DNA of 37,164 nucleotides from a virus (Duplodnaviria > Heunggongvirae > Uroviricota > Caudoviricetes): the IMG/VR virus record IMGVR_UViG_2541047856_000006. The stretch is one strand, 5' to 3'. Of the stretch, positions 26,707 to 36,572 are shown one piece after another. A model generated the notes under the pieces. The model was not told the DNA's origin. It searched no databases and saw only the letters and a list, made by a program, of their open reading frames with translations. Made by a program: the position numbers and the translations under genes. Numbering within the stretch: the stretch's first letter is position 1; every line of letters begins with the position of its first letter.

Positions 26707-29550
26707 TCAATCTTTATCGTAAAAACTGCCACGCCCGGCACGGGCGCGCCGTTCCATTTCTGCCCTGACCATTTCACCGACCAGTTTCGCCAGTTCGCGG
26801 GGATTCTGTGTAACAACGTTATGCAGATGAACATGAATTTCACCGCCAAATCCGGAGGCAACAGGCTCCCGGTTACGGGAAGTTGCAGGAACTGATGCCA
26901 CTGGCGATCGTATGGCCTCTGCCACCGGGCGGGAGCTGGCCGCAACAACAGGGACCAGCGCCGGAGGCAGCGGAGCCGGAACCACAGGTGTGATATTAAT
27001 TGCGGGGGCAGGCTTACTGACCTGCGCAATCTTCCGCTCCTGCCACTCCCCACGAACGGCAAGTGCGCGGGGCAGGTTCTTAAAGACAATATCGCCGGGG
27101 CCAATACGTTTTTTCGTCTCATCAACCAGCTTACCTGTGTTATCAGCAATTTTGCTGAGTCTGCGTAGCGTACCGGTATTGCTGTCTGTGAGCGGTTTGT
27201 TGTCTTTGGGTTTATCACCTCCGGTGCCATTGCCATTTTCCACAGGCTTCGGCGGATTGATTTTCGCCAGGTCCCCCTGAAGCAAGGCAACCTTGTCCTG
27301 AAGAATGGCCGCACGCTGTGCGTCTTCGATTTTCTTGCGCGCCCTTTCCGCTTCATCCGGAAGCACACCGAGCTTTTCAAGTATCCACGCCAGCGTATCC
27401 AGCAACATTTTTGCAGGTGTCAGAACAAGTTGTAACGCACCGCCAAGAACGTTACCGAATATCTCGCCAGCACTGGTACATTTATCCAGCGTTTCCTTGC
27501 TGGACTCCATCGGTGACAGCAGCGATTTAAACCAGTTAAACACCTGGCTGATCCCACTCCCGATTGCGTCAAAAACAGGACCAAACCGTTCAAAGGTTTC
27601 GCGCAACGGGGTCAGCCTTTCCATAATCCCGCTGAACACCCCGGCAAAAAATGCCCTGATGGGATCCCAGTATTTCCAGATAAGAACGGCAGCTCCGGCA
27701 AGCGCAGCCACGATAAGACCAACCGGACTGAACAACGCCCCGATAGCGCCTCCCAGTAAAGAAACGGAACCCGTCACCATTCCCCACAGCGCAGGCAACA
27801 CCCTGACGACATTCATTGACCGGGTAAGAATGTCAAAACCAAGACGCAGGGTGGCCAGCTTCCCGTAAAGCACCCCAATAACCAGCGACAACGAGCCAAC
27901 CGTTGCAGTCATTGCCAGCAGTGCACCGCCTGCAATCAGTAGCTGGCGCGTCAGTGCGGGATGGGCCTGCGCCAGCGCCGTCACCTTTGATACCACACGC
28001 GTGAGCCACTGCGTGACAGAACGCAGCGGACCGTCAATCAGATCTGCAATGCGGATGCGCAACCCTTCCCATGCACTGCTGAGTGATTTCAGATCGCCGT
28101 CAAGGTTGTTGGCCATAACCTTTGCTGTGCGTTCAGCCTCACCGCGTGCGCCTTCAAGTTCTTTTCTCAGTTTAGGTAAGGAACCGTCACCCGCTGCATC
28201 AACGAGCGCCATAAACGATGTGAAAGCCTCTTCTCCGGCAATGTCCTTAAAGAACGATACCCGGTCAACTTCCCCGTATTTGCGGGTGGCTTTATAAAGA
28301 TCGGCCTGCACATCCTCCATCGGGCGCATTTTGCCGTTCGCGTCAGAGACTGCCACACCAAGCTCTTTCAGCGCCTCTGCTGCCGCCTTTGGCGGTGATG
28401 CCAGACGAGCCAGGCTGGCACGCATTGCCGTCCCGGCATCACTTCCCCTGATACCCATATTCGCCAGCACGCCCGCCATCGCTGCGGCCTGCTCCAGCGA
28501 TATTCCCAGCTTGCCCGCCACCGGACCTGCATATTTCATGGTTTCGCCCAGTGCGCGAAGGTCAGTGTTGGTACGGGTAAACGCTGCGGTGAGCGTGTCA
28601 CCGACCCGGTCCATCTGGTCGGCAGAAAGACCGAACTGCGTCAGGATGTTTGAGCCAATATCCGCCGTCTCGCCGAGATCCATACCGCCAGCCGTTGCCA
28701 TGCTCAGCACACCGGGAAGCGCAGCCTGAATGGCCTGTGGTGTGAAGCCAGCCATTGCAAGAAATGCCTGTCCACTGACGGCATCTCCAGCGGTGAACTG
28801 CGTTTCAGAGCCAAGTTTTAACGCCTGCTCACGCAGCGCCTTAAACTGTGGGCTGTTCTGGTCGATTCGCGTCAGCGCCTGAACGCGGGACATCTCTTTC
28901 CCGAACCCGATCGCAGGCTGCAAAAAACGCCCGGCAGCATAGCCGCCCGCCGCTGCCGCACCAATTGCCAGCGCACCACCTGTTTTCAGTTTTCCCGCGG
29001 TTTCCTGCACGCGCGAATACCGCTCACGCGCCCGCGTTACACGCGCAAGCGCCTGCCGTTCGCGTTCAAGCTGGTTGTTGTACTGTTCGGTGCGTCTGAT
29101 GGCCTGCTGGATGGTGTTATCGCTGCCTGTCAGGGAAATGCCGTGGCGTTTCAGCTCTCCGCCAAGCTCCCGCATTTTCTGAATTTCCCGTGTGCGCGAT
29201 TCATTCAGGCGTTCAAGCCGGGTGCTTAACTGCTGCATCAGCTTTTGTTGTTTTTCGCTGAGCACTGTACCCGTGCGTTGTAACTGATTAAGGGCGTTAA
29301 GCTGGCGTCGTGCTTTCACGATACCCGCATCCGCTTTACTGACAGCGTCGCGGGCGCGCTCAAATGAACGCGCCTGACGCTCGAGATTTTTGATCGCCCC
29401 CTGCGTTCGCTGGATGGAGTCACCAAACTGCCCCATCAGGCGGCGGGCGTTTTCGGCAGGCCGGGTCAGCCTGTCAACGGCGCTGAAAGCGACCCGGATA
29501 TCAAGAGTCTTCATTGTCTGCATTCCCGCTGCGAAGTGCCGCCCGCTCAC
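26707..29550 (-). CDS. T: Tail tape measure protein (gpT-like)
   Basis: 947 aa, largely helical with Ala/Gly-rich hydrophobic central segments; position after E/E'. Exact start uncertain (M at 29550, 29523 or 29514). Confidence 0.85.
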   Translation of the reverse strand: MSGRHFAAGMQTMKTLDIRVAFSAVDRLTRPAENARRLMGQFGDSIQRTQGAIKNLERQARSFERARDAVSKADAGIVKARRQLNALNQLQRTGTVLSEKQQKLMQQLSTRLERLNESRTREIQKMRELGGELKRHGISLTGSDNTIQQAIRRTEQYNNQLERERQALARVTRARERYSRVQETAGKLKTGGALAIGAAAAGGYAAGRFLQPAIGFGKEMSRVQALTRIDQNSPQFKALREQALKLGSETQFTAGDAVSGQAFLAMAGFTPQAIQAALPGVLSMATAGGMDLGETADIGSNILTQFGLSADQMDRVGDTLTAAFTRTNTDLRALGETMKYAGPVAGKLGISLEQAAAMAGVLANMGIRGSDAGTAMRASLARLASPPKAAAEALKELGVAVSDANGKMRPMEDVQADLYKATRKYGEVDRVSFFKDIAGEEAFTSFMALVDAAGDGSLPKLRKELEGARGEAERTAKVMANNLDGDLKSLSSAWEGLRIRIADLIDGPLRSVTQWLTRVVSKVTALAQAHPALTRQLLIAGGALLAMTATVGSLSLVIGVLYGKLATLRLGFDILTRSMNVVRVLPALWGMVTGSVSLLGGAIGALFSPVGLIVAALAGAAVLIWKYWDPIRAFFAGVFSGIMERLTPLRETFERFGPVFDAIGSGISQVFNWFKSLLSPMESSKETLDKCTSAGEIFGNVLGGALQLVLTPAKMLLDTLAWILEKLGVLPDEAERARKKIEDAQRAAILQDKVALLQGDLAKINPPKPVENGNGTGGDKPKDNKPLTDSNTGTLRRLSKIADNTGKLVDETKKRIGPGDIVFKNLPRALAVRGEWQERKIAQVSKPAPAINITPVVPAPLPPALVPVVAASSRPVAEAIRSPVASVPATSRNREPVASGFGGEIHVHLHNVVTQNPRELAKLVGEMVRAEMERRARAGRGSFYDKD

Positions 29551-30030
29551 GCCAGCTAACCACTTCGCCGGGCGTCATCATGAAGATTTCGGCGGGCGAC
29601 CAGTTAAAAATAACGGCAATATCTGCCACAAAGTCTTCTATGTGCTCAAAGCACACAACCGTGATCAGGCTTCCGTCGCCTGTTCGTTCTTCCCGCCAGA
29701 GTCCGCACCGCTCAAAAAATTTACGGCAACCACACATAACTGAATAAAGTCACGGGATGCCATTTTTTTGATCGTCACTTCATCCAGTCGCGGTGATGTC
29801 ACGCGTGACAGCAGCGTAAACATGGATTCCGCTTTCAGATTCAGCACATCAGACAGCGACAAATCTCGCAGAGATCCAGCCTGCTCAATAGCCCCGGTGA
29901 TCTCCACATACGTGATTTTTTCGCCGCCTCGCTCAATTGGTTGGGTAAGTTTTACGCCACGCTCACTGGTTTCTTTCACAGTGTCAGCAACTACCGTGTT
30001 TTCGGTATCGATGTTTTTCGTCTCTTTCAT
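29501..30030 (-). CDS. Tail assembly chaperone fusion E+E' made by -1 programmed frameshift
   Basis: The E frame (29665..30030) and the overlapping -1 frame (to 29501) meet at the slippery heptamer TTTTTTG (minus strand; plus-strand coordinates 29713..29719). Confidence 0.6.
29665..30030 (-). CDS. E: Tail assembly chaperone (gpE-like)
   Basis: 121 aa between the tail tube and tape measure genes, the conserved position of E. Confidence 0.7.
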   Translation of the reverse strand: MKETKNIDTENTVVADTVKETSERGVKLTQPIERGGEKITYVEITGAIEQAGSLRDLSLSDVLNLKAESMFTLLSRVTSPRLDEVTIKKMASRDFIQLCVVAVNFLSGADSGGKNEQATEA

Positions 30031-30084
30031 CAGGAAACTCCTTTCAGTCAGAGGCGACGCACTGCGCCGCCTGCATATTACTTA

Positions 30085-30597
30085 TCAGCCAAGCCCGAGC
30101 GCGGAACGGATGCGATCGGGCACAATGTCCTTGCCGTCCTTCCGGTAAATGAAGTTCAGCAGGTCAATCTCCCACAACGGGCGATCGTTAACACTCAGCT
30201 TGTAGTAGGTGTTTTTAATGGCGTAAGTGTGTGATGTGGCTTCGCCCTGTTTGGCTTCCCCCATATCAATTTCCGTCACACGTCCGCGCATTTCGACTTC
30301 ATACAAGTCGCTTTCTGCATCGGTGTAGTATTCACCCGCAAAACGCAGCAGCGTGCCGTCAATCGTGCCGCCATACTTAAGGAACAGCTCACGAACTGCG
30401 CCCCCCATGACAAAGCTCGCATCAAGCGCGGAGTCGTCCAGGCCGAGATCAATACTTACCGCCCCCATCATGCCACCACCCCGGTAGCTGTCGGTTTTGC
30501 GCGTCAGCTTAGGCAAAGTGACGGACGTCACCTTACCCACTTCGTTTTCACCATCCACAAACAGCGTAAAAAAGCGAAGATGTTTTGGCACAGCCAT
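30085..30597 (-). CDS. FII: Tail tube protein (gpFII-like)
   Basis: 170 aa; TLPKLTRKT...YRGGGM... and KQGE motifs match the remembered P2 FII. Confidence 0.88.
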   Translation of the reverse strand: MAVPKHLRFFTLFVDGENEVGKVTSVTLPKLTRKTDSYRGGGMMGAVSIDLGLDDSALDASFVMGGAVRELFLKYGGTIDGTLLRFAGEYYTDAESDLYEVEMRGRVTEIDMGEAKQGEATSHTYAIKNTYYKLSVNDRPLWEIDLLNFIYRKDGKDIVPDRIRSALGLG

Positions 30598-31781
30598 CAG
30601 GCACCTCCCAGCACCGCAAATGCGGGTTCAAAGTATTCATCAGTAAACGTCTGGTAAAGCTCCATGTCTTCCAGTGGCGGAACGGGCGTATATTTGTAGC
30701 GAATACGCACACGCCCCTGACGTAAATCCGTGGTGCTGTTATCCACCACGTCATACCAGCACTCCGCGCCAATCAGTTTCCCGGCAGTCACCAGTGAATC
30801 CAGTTTTGCCCTGATGGCACTGATAACATCCTTCACGTTCGCAGGCGTCAGTGGACTGTCGATGGTTTCAAACTGCGCTTCCGCAATTGAATCAGCCAGC
30901 ACCTGTGCGGTTCGGGTATACACCTCAAAAATGTAGGCGTTCGTTTCCGGTGTGCGGTTGCCCCAGAAGCGGAACCCGTTGCGACGAATAATGGTCGTGA
31001 TTTCTTTGTTGTTGAGGCTGTTGGCATCGCAGTCTTCGGCCTGCCACGACCAGAACACATGCCTCGACATCCCCAGCACATTTTTAACCGGAACGTTGGA
31101 CAGCGATTTGTGCCAGCCCTGCTCATGGTCAATGTACGCACGAAGGCCGCACGCATAAGCAGGCGCGGGGAACGTTTCGTTTTCGCCACTTTTCGGGTTG
31201 TAGGCGATGAAGTCCGGCCATAAGAGCATCACTTCACGTTCGTTGAATTTCTGGCGGTAGGTAATCGCTTCAGCCATCGTGTTACAGCCGTGACATGAGG
31301 CATACACAAATGCGCGCAGTTTACCCGCAATCACGCACAGGGATTTTGTCACCGCCTCCGTGTCCAGCTCCGGCGCGGCCAGAATACGCGGACGGTATCC
31401 GATGCTTTCATCCTGCTCTGCAACAAGCAGCGCATACATCCCCGTATAGCTGCCGTCATCCTCAGAACCACCGATAACCAGTTGATCCTGCGTCTTTTCG
31501 TCTTCTTCTTTGTGTTCAGCCACGCGAACGACGATCACCTTTGTGCTCACCTGGTCTGCGATGGCCTTAAGCGCACGATAAAGCGTCCCCGTTGTTCCGC
31601 ATTTTCCCAGCACGTCATTGACGCGGGTCAGCAGTGTGGGCTTGTTCAGCGGGAACAGCTTCGCGTCCGCATCATCCGCCGTTGCCACGATACCGATAAC
31701 GCTGGAATCAACATCGTTAATCGCTGTTACCAGGTCGGTATTTTCCGTAACACGGGCACCATGAAAACGAGTTTCACTCAT
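30597..31781 (-). CDS. FI: Tail sheath protein (gpFI-like)
   Basis: 394 aa; FPLNKP, EQGWHKSLSNV, IRRNGFRFWGNRT, YTPVPPLE match the remembered P2 FI. Confidence 0.93.
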   Translation of the reverse strand: MSETRFHGARVTENTDLVTAINDVDSSVIGIVATADDADAKLFPLNKPTLLTRVNDVLGKCGTTGTLYRALKAIADQVSTKVIVVRVAEHKEEDEKTQDQLVIGGSEDDGSYTGMYALLVAEQDESIGYRPRILAAPELDTEAVTKSLCVIAGKLRAFVYASCHGCNTMAEAITYRQKFNEREVMLLWPDFIAYNPKSGENETFPAPAYACGLRAYIDHEQGWHKSLSNVPVKNVLGMSRHVFWSWQAEDCDANSLNNKEITTIIRRNGFRFWGNRTPETNAYIFEVYTRTAQVLADSIAEAQFETIDSPLTPANVKDVISAIRAKLDSLVTAGKLIGAECWYDVVDNSTTDLRQGRVRIRYKYTPVPPLEDMELYQTFTDEYFEPAFAVLGGA

Positions 31782-31938
31782 AGCTTCAGCCCCTTGTATC
31801 CGTTAAATGATTCGGCAACAATCATCACCCACCACGCGCGTAATCTCACCCCTGCGCCGTTCTCCCGCCACGGCGACAACAAAAAGCAGTAACCCCCTCC
31901 GCACGCACATGCGACCATGCCACACAGGGAGGGAGCAG

Positions 31939-33048
31939 ATGACCGACACCACCATGCAATTGCTCAGTCAGGGCACAGACCCCGTGAAAATGCCGGATTT
32001 TGATATTCTCGCGGAGGGTAAAACGCTGTCCGGCGTGGCAGAACGCCTGATGAGCCTGTCACTGACCGACAACCGGGGATTTGAAGCGGACCAGCTCACC
32101 ATCACGCTGGATGATGCGGATGGTCAGTTGCAGCTACCGCCACGGGGCGCGCGTCTGACGGTTCTCATTGGCTGGAAAGGGGAACCGCTGACTGAAAAAG
32201 GCACTTACATTGTTGATGAAATCGCTCACGAAGGACCGCCGGACAGGCTGACCGTTTCAGCCAGAAGCGCAGATTTTCGGGATGAATTTAACGTTAAACG
32301 TGAGGTGTCCTGGCATGATGTGACCGTTGAGCGTGTGGTATCCGCCATCGCTCATCGGTACGGTCTGAAACCGCAAATCAGCGAAATGCTGATGGATATC
32401 GAAATCGACCACGCCGACCAGACCGAAGAAAGTGACATGTCCTTCCTTACGCGCATGGCGGAAATGCTGGGCGCAATCACCACGGTAAAAAGCGGTAATC
32501 TGTTATTCATCATGCCCGGCGGTGGCGTGAACGCACAGGGCCAGCCGTTGCCATCGTTCGCCATCACACGCAGCAGCGGCGATCGCCATCAGTTCCGCAT
32601 TGCTGACCGCGAGGCGTATACGGGGGTACGCGCTTACTGGCTTGATCTTAATTACGGGAAAAAGAAAAAAGTCAGCGTGAAACGCCGCAAACCGCCAAAA
32701 CCGAAAAAAGAGAAAAGCAGCAGCCGTGAAGGTGATTATATGGAAGGCGCGGAAGGCAATGTGTTTGTGTTACGCAAGACTTATCAGAACGAGCAGGCAG
32801 CAAGACGCGCAGCGGCGGCAAAGTGGCAACAACTACAACGCGGAGCCGCATCATTCTCCATCACGCTGGCACGTGGACGAGCAGAACTCTACCCCGAAAT
32901 GCATGGCACGGTAACAGGATTTAAAAGCGAGATTGATAATCAGGACTGGATTATTGCAAAAGCCGAGCACACCATTGATGACAGCGGCTTTACCACGCAG
33001 CTTGAGCTTGAGGCAAAAATCCAGGAATGGATAGCGGAAACAGAGTGA
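31939..33048 (+). CDS. D: Tail protein D (gpD / late control D family)
   Basis: ORF frame 31807..33048; start placed at the ATG at 31939 preceded by GGGAGGGAG (MTDTTMQLLSQGTDPVKMPDFDILAEGKT...); ~370 aa, as for P2 D. Confidence 0.85.
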   Translation: MTDTTMQLLSQGTDPVKMPDFDILAEGKTLSGVAERLMSLSLTDNRGFEADQLTITLDDADGQLQLPPRGARLTVLIGWKGEPLTEKGTYIVDEIAHEGPPDRLTVSARSADFRDEFNVKREVSWHDVTVERVVSAIAHRYGLKPQISEMLMDIEIDHADQTEESDMSFLTRMAEMLGAITTVKSGNLLFIMPGGGVNAQGQPLPSFAITRSSGDRHQFRIADREAYTGVRAYWLDLNYGKKKKVSVKRRKPPKPKKEKSSSREGDYMEGAEGNVFVLRKTYQNEQAARRAAAAKWQQLQRGAASFSITLARGRAELYPEMHGTVTGFKSEIDNQDWIIAKAEHTIDDSGFTTQLELEAKIQEWIAETE

Positions 33049-33095
33049 GCAACTGGGATGCATTAGTTCAGACACAGGCTAGCATGCTTACGTAC

Positions 33096-33134
33096 GGCAC
33101 AGAAGCAAACCTAATTGGAGTTTTGCTCTGTGCC
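33096..33134 (+). other. Stable stem-loop downstream of D (possible terminator)
   Basis: GGCACAGAAGCAAA-loop-TTTGCTCTGTGCC (~13-bp stem with one bulge) followed by TTTC. Confidence 0.4.
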
Positions 33135-33258
33135 TTTCACCGACTGGCCAAGTGTAACCCGCCTTACACCAAGACGAATTATAATCGGCAACAATGTCAG
33201 TAGTTACTATAAATGTTTATAAACAAAAATTTATTTCTCCGAAGCTACAAGCACTACA

Positions 33259-36057
33259 CTAAATCTCAGCAATCTTTTTTTTACTGTGCTGTTCTATTAT
33301 CCACTCTGCTTCCGCTTGGTATTCATGAGCTAACTCTCGAAGAATTCGGGCAAATCGATGAAAGCCTAGAAGTTCCATTGCATCAGACTTAGTATGATAT
33401 TGTTGGGCCAACTCCAATTCCGGTTTACCTTCAGGGTCAACAATGTAGACACCACGCGAATTTATTACCGCATTCTTATAACCAGTACGCACTTTATCAA
33501 GTTCACGTCTATTCAAAAACTCGGCCAGTTCTGGAAGTATCCAATGCTCGTCATTTGCAGGGCTAAAAATTAATATGCTTCCAATTCTATGATAAGCAAA
33601 ATCTAAATGGCCTGACTTTTCGCATTCTGTTTGAACAAAATCAAACCAGTTATTAAACGCATTGGCATCAAACTTGCCTTCAGCATCAACACCCGGAATC
33701 TTTTTCCAATCATCAAGTAAATAGCGTGAGTTTTTGGCAATATTTATTTCACTTTCAGATAGTTCTTTACTTGCTTTTTGAAATTCTGATCGATACGCAT
33801 ATTGAATGACTTCACAAAAAAAACTGGGTTCACTTGCTAGTTTTTTCTCTAATACTTGAGGATGCAACGAATCATTGGCTCCCCTGTTAATTACAGGCAG
33901 GTATGCCCATTCAATCTTTACTAAGTCGTCATCTGAAACAGTGTTATCATTTTGAATATAATTCACAAGTTCATTAAATGAGTGAATATCAAACCGCTCA
34001 ATATTTTCTGTGGTTCTAATTGATTGCAATAGAGCAAGCACAACCTTGCTGCTATCAACTAAATTATCGATATGTAAAATTCGAGATAAACAATCTATTG
34101 CCATCAAGGGACGGTCTACTTTAATCAAGCAATCTACAGCAAAATAAATTTCTTCCGTTGAATCACAGCAGTATGCATTAACATGGGTATTTTTCCAATA
34201 CTCGAAAGGAAAATCATCAAATGAAGCGTTTAATGCATCCCACGTTTCTTTTTTAAACGGTAACAAAAGAAAAAAAGCAATCTTTTCTTGAGCACTCCAG
34301 TCATTAATAACTGCCAACACCCATGATTTTCCTTCTCTGTAGTTCTTAGCCTGTACATAACCAGAAGCAAGAGAATTTTCCTTTTTAATATCACTAACAA
34401 TAAGTTTTTTCAGTATATCTAAAGGGATTTCTAGATCTTCTGCGACCAGACTACTACCAACAAACTCAGGTCTTTCAATAGAAAGAGAGAATTCTAAGAC
34501 TCCGTCAATACCATTAACAGTATATATTTCGTATATTGATTGCCCTCGTTCTTTTGTCAACCTTTCTTCTTGGTCCCGCCAGTTTCCATTTTCATCAAAT
34601 AGGAAGTAACTATTTTGTGCAAAAAGTCGTTTGCTATAAAGCATAGGATTTTCGGGCTTCAAGACTGTAGAAACATCTTTGATTTTTTCATTCTGTTCTG
34701 GTTGTATTGCCCAATAAGCACCTGAGAATCTTTTGTTTTTGTTATAAACTTCTAAACATTTTTCCCACACCGCCAACTTCAATTCAGCACTATCTGTTTT
34801 TTTAGAAAAATCATACAATAATTTAATTGCATCATCGAATTTAAATGGCGCTAAACTACCAATATTTTCAACTAAATCAACAAGTCTTAATGATGATTTA
34901 CTTGCCAATTCAATTGTTAATTGAGTGTATCTTTCAATCTGAGTACGACACTCATCATCCGATGGCCTTTTATTAAAACCGTTAGGAATAAAGTTTCTAA
35001 AAGTTGGAATATGTGTGCCAGATGTTACTTGCGTGTTGTTGGGTAACAACTGAACTAAAACACGCCATGCTGTATCGGGCCACTCCCTTGCCAATGCTTT
35101 GAAAGCAGCAATACGTCTATCTATATCAGCTGTAGTATGAGGAAGCCATGGTAACAATATGTTGATTATCGAGTTAAGTGGCCTGTTAGCCCAATTGCCA
35201 CCAGGATCATGGCTATCCAGCTCCCCTAATATTACTAAAGAGCGAGATAAATAGTTAGGCGCCCAAGCTAATCCTTCAATAGCCCATAGCAGTCCTGTCA
35301 TATAATTCCGACCTGAAATTCCACCGATACCTTCCTGTGCAAAAAGTGAATCAAATGGCTTGTCTTGGTGAGATGCAGCATTTTCCACTTCGTCGATAAA
35401 ACAGTCAGGAGCACTTTCCGCAAGCATAACTTGAATATCTTGCGTACTAGCCCATAATTGCCAGCTAGAAGCCGAAAAAACCTCTTTAACCACACTTGAG
35501 GCGCAATATTGCCCTTTATATTTTGAGCAATTAGTAAGTAACTCTTGCTTTGTTGCAACTAATGCCAACCCTTCGGATAGTCCTTTCCTTATTAATCGGC
35601 TATGTGGTAAAACCTTCCCATAAATTACTGCTGCATAACGCTCTTCAGGTGCCAGTTCAAATTGTGGGTCGATTGTTTTAAAAACGGATACAACAGTCGT
35701 CCGAAACAAATCCAAATGATCATCGAATAATCTTGACGATACCGTTTGAAATGTTTGTATTCTATCTTTAAAACTCCAAGAACCTCTCTCATGAATCAAA
35801 GGACTATCTTGCATCCCTTCAATTATTCTTATTTTTCGAATCCAACTGTCATATGACTCGCCAATAAGGCTTGTAATTATATTAATATCACCATTATTTT
35901 TTTCATCCCAGCAACCGACTAAAACAGCAATCGCTAACTCAGTCGCATAATCAACATTATCAATATTGTATATAGTTAAGTTACCAGCAACATTATGGCC
36001 TGTTCCGGCATGATTTTGACTAACTGAACTGCAGCTATGAATGTTATCCATAGACAC
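33259..36057 (-). CDS. Large hypothetical protein (932 aa) in an AT-rich island; function unknown
   Basis: Long uninterrupted ORF, AT-rich and clearly different in composition from the flanking phage genes. No Walker A, helicase or recognisable nuclease motif was seen by eye. GTG/ATG start coupled to the stop of the upstream small gene. Confidence 0.65.
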   Translation of the reverse strand: MSMDNIHSCSSVSQNHAGTGHNVAGNLTIYNIDNVDYATELAIAVLVGCWDEKNNGDINIITSLIGESYDSWIRKIRIIEGMQDSPLIHERGSWSFKDRIQTFQTVSSRLFDDHLDLFRTTVVSVFKTIDPQFELAPEERYAAVIYGKVLPHSRLIRKGLSEGLALVATKQELLTNCSKYKGQYCASSVVKEVFSASSWQLWASTQDIQVMLAESAPDCFIDEVENAASHQDKPFDSLFAQEGIGGISGRNYMTGLLWAIEGLAWAPNYLSRSLVILGELDSHDPGGNWANRPLNSIINILLPWLPHTTADIDRRIAAFKALAREWPDTAWRVLVQLLPNNTQVTSGTHIPTFRNFIPNGFNKRPSDDECRTQIERYTQLTIELASKSSLRLVDLVENIGSLAPFKFDDAIKLLYDFSKKTDSAELKLAVWEKCLEVYNKNKRFSGAYWAIQPEQNEKIKDVSTVLKPENPMLYSKRLFAQNSYFLFDENGNWRDQEERLTKERGQSIYEIYTVNGIDGVLEFSLSIERPEFVGSSLVAEDLEIPLDILKKLIVSDIKKENSLASGYVQAKNYREGKSWVLAVINDWSAQEKIAFFLLLPFKKETWDALNASFDDFPFEYWKNTHVNAYCCDSTEEIYFAVDCLIKVDRPLMAIDCLSRILHIDNLVDSSKVVLALLQSIRTTENIERFDIHSFNELVNYIQNDNTVSDDDLVKIEWAYLPVINRGANDSLHPQVLEKKLASEPSFFCEVIQYAYRSEFQKASKELSESEINIAKNSRYLLDDWKKIPGVDAEGKFDANAFNNWFDFVQTECEKSGHLDFAYHRIGSILIFSPANDEHWILPELAEFLNRRELDKVRTGYKNAVINSRGVYIVDPEGKPELELAQQYHTKSDAMELLGFHRFARILRELAHEYQAEAEWIIEQHSKKKIAEI

Positions 36058-36377
36058 TACCTCGTAATTTTATTTCCACCAATATTATCACCAGTGCCAC
36101 TATGGTTTTGAATAATGACAGTTGTTGCATGAGGTTTTATAGACGAGAGTATTTTTTGAATTTCACTACTATCCAATAGTTTTCTTTCAATTGCTATTTC
36201 ACTCATTTCATCGTTCAAAGACAGTTTTTCAAGTTCTTTAGCTAAAGCAGGGGCCACAGCCTCATCAACAACCCAATTTTTTAACTTTGCTTTTATTGAA
36301 GTTGCAGTAATCGAAACATGATGTTTGAGCATGTCATAAACTATGCCAGAAAGTATCGTCGAAGATAAAAAATCCAT
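36057..36377 (-). CDS. Small hypothetical protein (106 aa), first gene of the island operon
   Basis: Same strand and composition as the 932-aa gene; its C-terminus (IIQNHSGTGDNIGGN) echoes the N-terminus of the large protein (SQNHAGTGHNVAGN). Confidence 0.6.
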   Translation of the reverse strand: MDFLSSTILSGIVYDMLKHHVSITATSIKAKLKNWVVDEAVAPALAKELEKLSLNDEMSEIAIERKLLDSSEIQKILSSIKPHATTVIIQNHSGTGDNIGGNKITR

Positions 36378-36572
36378 AACAATTTTCCCTTAACGTAAGA
36401 TATTTACTATCAAGATACATTTTAAATCGAAGAAAGAGCTTTTACCACGTATATTTATTGGCTAATAACATGATAATTCGACTATCTGCTATTCGCTTAA
36501 AACGAAGAGTTAGTTGGAATTATAGCCAGCACGACCTAGAATAACATCAGCACTGCGTTAAGGGAGGTCGCT
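36378..36572. promoter_or_regulatory. AT-rich divergent promoter region between the island operon and ogr
   Basis: 195-bp AT-rich spacer between divergently transcribed genes; no specific promoter elements assigned. Confidence 0.35.

Noticed and set aside
26691-29099. Several alternative-frame ORFs inside the tape measure gene (e.g. 26691..27380, 26912..27280, 27305..27868, 28331..28729)
   Set aside because: Overlapped by the continuous 947-aa tape measure frame; Ala/Ser/Pro-rich low-complexity translations typical of off-frame reading of a GC-rich gene.
31782-31938. Ogr-responsive late promoter dyad in the FI-D spacer
   Set aside because: I looked for a TGT-N12-ACA-type dyad but found only imperfect candidates with different spacing; not reported as a feature.
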